A stretch of DNA of 29,642 bases. It comes from Candidatus Firestoneibacteriota bacterium (GTDB lineage: Bacteria; Oederibacteriota; D2-FULL-39-29; JBBTED01). Where the stretch lies: the NCBI GenBank assembly GCA_038042445.1, contig JBBTED010000133.1, positions 1 through 29,642 of the forward strand, written 5' to 3'. This document shows, one piece after another, positions 27,173-29,642 of the stretch. Below the pieces are notes generated by a model that worked only from the letters and a program-made list of their open reading frames with translations, was not told where the DNA came from and made no database searches. A program made the position numbers and the translations under genes. The stretch's first letter is position 1. Each line of letters starts with the position of its first letter.

Positions 27173-27589
27173 TTATTCAATATTTCTGCCGGTGCTTGAC
27201 ATACTTAAGGTGCTATGTTTGACACCTTTTATTGACCTTAAGGTATTTGATAATTTCACTACTTCTTTTGGATTGCCTTTAACAGCAATTATTTCTAAGC
27301 AATTATGATGGTCCAAATGAATATGCTGAGTGGATATAATAACTTTTTGAGAATCATGCTGAACATCTGTAATCTTTGTTAAAAGCTCACGTTTATGATG
27401 GTCATATATAAAAATTATAGCTCCAGCAATTTCTTTTTCTCCTATCCATTCTTTTTTGATTAATTCCTGTCTTATTAAATCCCTAAAAGCTTCAGAACGG
27501 TTTGTATAATTTCTCTCCCTTATAAATCTATCAAATTTATCCAGCAAAGTTTTTTCTAATGAAACCCCAAATCTAAATAATTTCGACAT
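27173..27589 (-). CDS. nikR: Nickel-responsive transcriptional regulator NikR
   Basis: RFGVSL..NRSEAFRDLIR ribbon-helix-helix; YDHH and HIHLDHHNCLE nickel site. Confidence 0.96.
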   Translation of the reverse strand: MSKLFRFGVSLEKTLLDKFDRFIRERNYTNRSEAFRDLIRQELIKKEWIGEKEIAGAIIFIYDHHKRELLTKITDVQHDSQKVIISTQHIHLDHHNCLEIIAVKGNPKEVVKLSNTLRSIKGVKHSTLSMSSTGRNIE

Positions 27590-27691
27590 AGTATTATGAA
27601 TTCACTGCCACCCTAACAATTCTTTTATCAAATTTTAACTTAAGCGTCAATTATAATTAAACAGTAGATAAATCAAGCTTATTTTGTTATA

Positions 27692-29491
27692 TTGTTTTTT
27701 ATGCTGCGAAGAAGACCAATAAAATACAGACACACAGGCAACAAACGTAGAAAAAGATGGACTATTTTTGATTTTCTAATTATATCTTTTGTTTTGTTTT
27801 CCATTATATACCTTTTGTTTTCATCGCAAATAAAATTATTGAGATATGCAAATCTTGGAAAATCCTATACACTAAAAGGTAATTACAATAAAGCAAAAGA
27901 ACAATACAATAAAGCGATTATGCTCAAACCTGATAATCCATTGATTTATGAAGGATTAGGATTATTATTTAATATTCAAGACAAATATGATGCAGCAAAA
28001 ATAAGTTATAAAAAAGCTACTACCCTTGGAATAAAATATAACAGAAAATTTAACCATAATGTATTCGGCGAGATGTTTATAAAAAAAGGCTTGTATAAAC
28101 CTGCTGCTGTAGAATTTGAACGTGCACTTGAAATTAATCCAAATGATGTAAACGCTCATTTAGGGTATGCTCTCGCAAATCATGCTCTTGGTAACATCAA
28201 TCTTGCAATTGCTGAATACAAAAGAGCTTTAATTTTTAAATCCAGAAATAAAAAAATTCAGAGTCTATTAAAAAGGGCATATAAAGACCGTGATATTGGA
28301 AACATTGCATACATATATGACAGAAATAATATGCCACTTGCAAAATATATTCTGGAAAGCACAAACAACAGACATATTTATCCTTATGGCTTTAATGCAG
28401 CGCACATAATCGGATTTAATACCACTAAATATGGAAGCTATGGAATTGAAAAAGAATATATGCGATATATCCCCGGAAATAAAATAGTATTAACAATAGA
28501 TTTGAATTTTCAAAGAATTGCTGAACGAAGTTTAGGAGGCAGAAAAGGTTCTGTAGTAATATTAAATCCAAATACAGGAGAAATACTGGCAATAGCTAAT
28601 AACCCAACTTTTAACTGCAATAGAATAAACACAGACTGGAATAAAATTATAAAAAACAAAAATAATCCACTTTCTAATCGGGCATTAGAACAATTATATG
28701 AACCGGGTTCAATTTTTAAAATTATAACTGCATCTGCAATATTTGAATCAAAAATAGATATGAATTCTATATTCCCAGTTAAATGTGATGGATATTTAAC
28801 ATTAAATAATTTAACTTTCCGCGACTGGAGAAAACATGACACTGTAGAAAGTATAGAAAAAGCAATAGATGAATCATGCAATATTGCATTTTCAGAAATG
28901 GGCTTTAAACTTGGATTTTTAAAAATTTATGAATATGCAAATAAATTTGGCTTCAACACCCAAATCAAAACTGGATTACAAACATCTATGAGTATAATCC
29001 CAAAAAATGCATCAAATGAATTTGAGTTAGCTAATTACTCAACAGGACTTGGAGAAAATTTTAGGATTACTCCAATTCAAGCGGCAATGATAGCAAGTGC
29101 AATTGCCAATAAAGGCACTATTATGCAACCATATTTAATTAGTGAAATACGAAATATAAAAGATGAAATAGTGTTAGAAAATTCACCCTCGGTATTTAAA
29201 AAATCAATAACACCTGACACTGCAAATAAAATCAGAGATTTAATGATTGCAGCAGTAGAAAAAGGAACAGGCACACTTGCAAAAGTAGAAGGTTTAACAA
29301 TAGCAGGTAAAACAGGAACTTCCGGTGATTCAAAAAATGGTGGACTCCACGGTTGGTTTATATGCTTTGCACCTGCAAATAAACCACAAATAGCTATTGC
29401 AATTTTAGCAGAAAAAGCAGGCCCTGGAATGTATACAGCTGCTCCAATTGCTAAAAAAATAATTTCACAGATTTTGGGATATGCACCGTAA
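27692..29491 (+). CDS. Class B penicillin-binding transpeptidase with N-terminal TM and TPR repeats
   Basis: SxxK (PGSIFK), SxN (SCN), KTG (GKTGT), IYDRN, R.YPYG; TPRs at about aa 50-200; start TTG 27692 or ATG 27701. Confidence 0.88.
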   Translation: MFFMLRRRPIKYRHTGNKRRKRWTIFDFLIISFVLFSIIYLLFSSQIKLLRYANLGKSYTLKGNYNKAKEQYNKAIMLKPDNPLIYEGLGLLFNIQDKYDAAKISYKKATTLGIKYNRKFNHNVFGEMFIKKGLYKPAAVEFERALEINPNDVNAHLGYALANHALGNINLAIAEYKRALIFKSRNKKIQSLLKRAYKDRDIGNIAYIYDRNNMPLAKYILESTNNRHIYPYGFNAAHIIGFNTTKYGSYGIEKEYMRYIPGNKIVLTIDLNFQRIAERSLGGRKGSVVILNPNTGEILAIANNPTFNCNRINTDWNKIIKNKNNPLSNRALEQLYEPGSIFKIITASAIFESKIDMNSIFPVKCDGYLTLNNLTFRDWRKHDTVESIEKAIDESCNIAFSEMGFKLGFLKIYEYANKFGFNTQIKTGLQTSMSIIPKNASNEFELANYSTGLGENFRITPIQAAMIASAIANKGTIMQPYLISEIRNIKDEIVLENSPSVFKKSITPDTANKIRDLMIAAVEKGTGTLAKVEGLTIAGKTGTSGDSKNGGLHGWFICFAPANKPQIAIAILAEKAGPGMYTAAPIAKKIISQILGYAP

Positions 29492-29557
29492 AAAACGTAA
29501 AACTTAAAGCGAAAAATTTAAAACTAAGGAAAATTTTAAATTATAGTTTTTAGCTTT
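29492..29557. repeat. Degenerate heptamer array with inverted partner between convergent genes
   Basis: AAAACGT AAAACTT AAAGCGA AAAATTT AAAACTA then TAGTTTT TAGCTTT. Confidence 0.5.
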
Positions 29558-29561
29558 GACC

Positions 29562-29642
29562 TTATTTCTGTTGCATTAAATACTTGGAAGCACTTAATGT
29601 TGCTTTTGCACCTTCACCTGCAGCTATTATAATCTGTTTTTC
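29562..29642 (-). CDS. 3' end of thioredoxin reductase/AhpF-type FAD oxidoreductase (partial, runs off the window)
   Basis: Hand translation EKQIIIAAGEGAKATLSASKYLMQQK*; not in the ORF track. Confidence 0.8.
   Translation of the reverse strand, partial: EKQIIIAAGEGAKATLSASKYLMQQK

Noticed and set aside
27590..27691. NikR operator or nickel riboswitch
   Set aside because: No convincing palindrome or structured RNA, and no nickel transporter adjacent.

Overview
AT-rich chromosomal window from a probably diderm, anaerobic bacterium (lipoproteins, a beta-barrel, NfnAB, spoVG, nikR; taxonomy cannot be fixed from the window). Most genes are on the minus strand. From left to right: a surface-glycan block (methyltransferase, GT2, two CDP-paratose-epimerase-like SDRs, RmlC, AsnB, DegT aminotransferase, isomerase-like TIM barrel), an envelope block (CsgG/FlgT-like protein, two lipoproteins, a small beta-barrel), tRNA-Gln(TTG), and a housekeeping run (spoVG, ispE, TPR protein, nfnBA, a short RNase R, a large membrane-anchored protein, nikR, a TPR-PBP fusion, the 3' end of a thioredoxin reductase). 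Two things stand out. (1) A ~3 kb island with no integrase sits at the tRNA-Gln anticodon loop and duplicates the 5' half of the tRNA plus its promoter rather than the usual 3' end. It carries an XRE switch, a CsgG-like protein and an ORF6N/PLD-like fusion whose probable ancestral C-terminal tail is stranded downstream. (2) GTCAT-headed REP-like palindromes occur between genes and also translated in frame inside two proteins; one appears to supply a ribosome-binding site and a related unit forms the tRNA terminator. All calls are by eye; no database searches were run.
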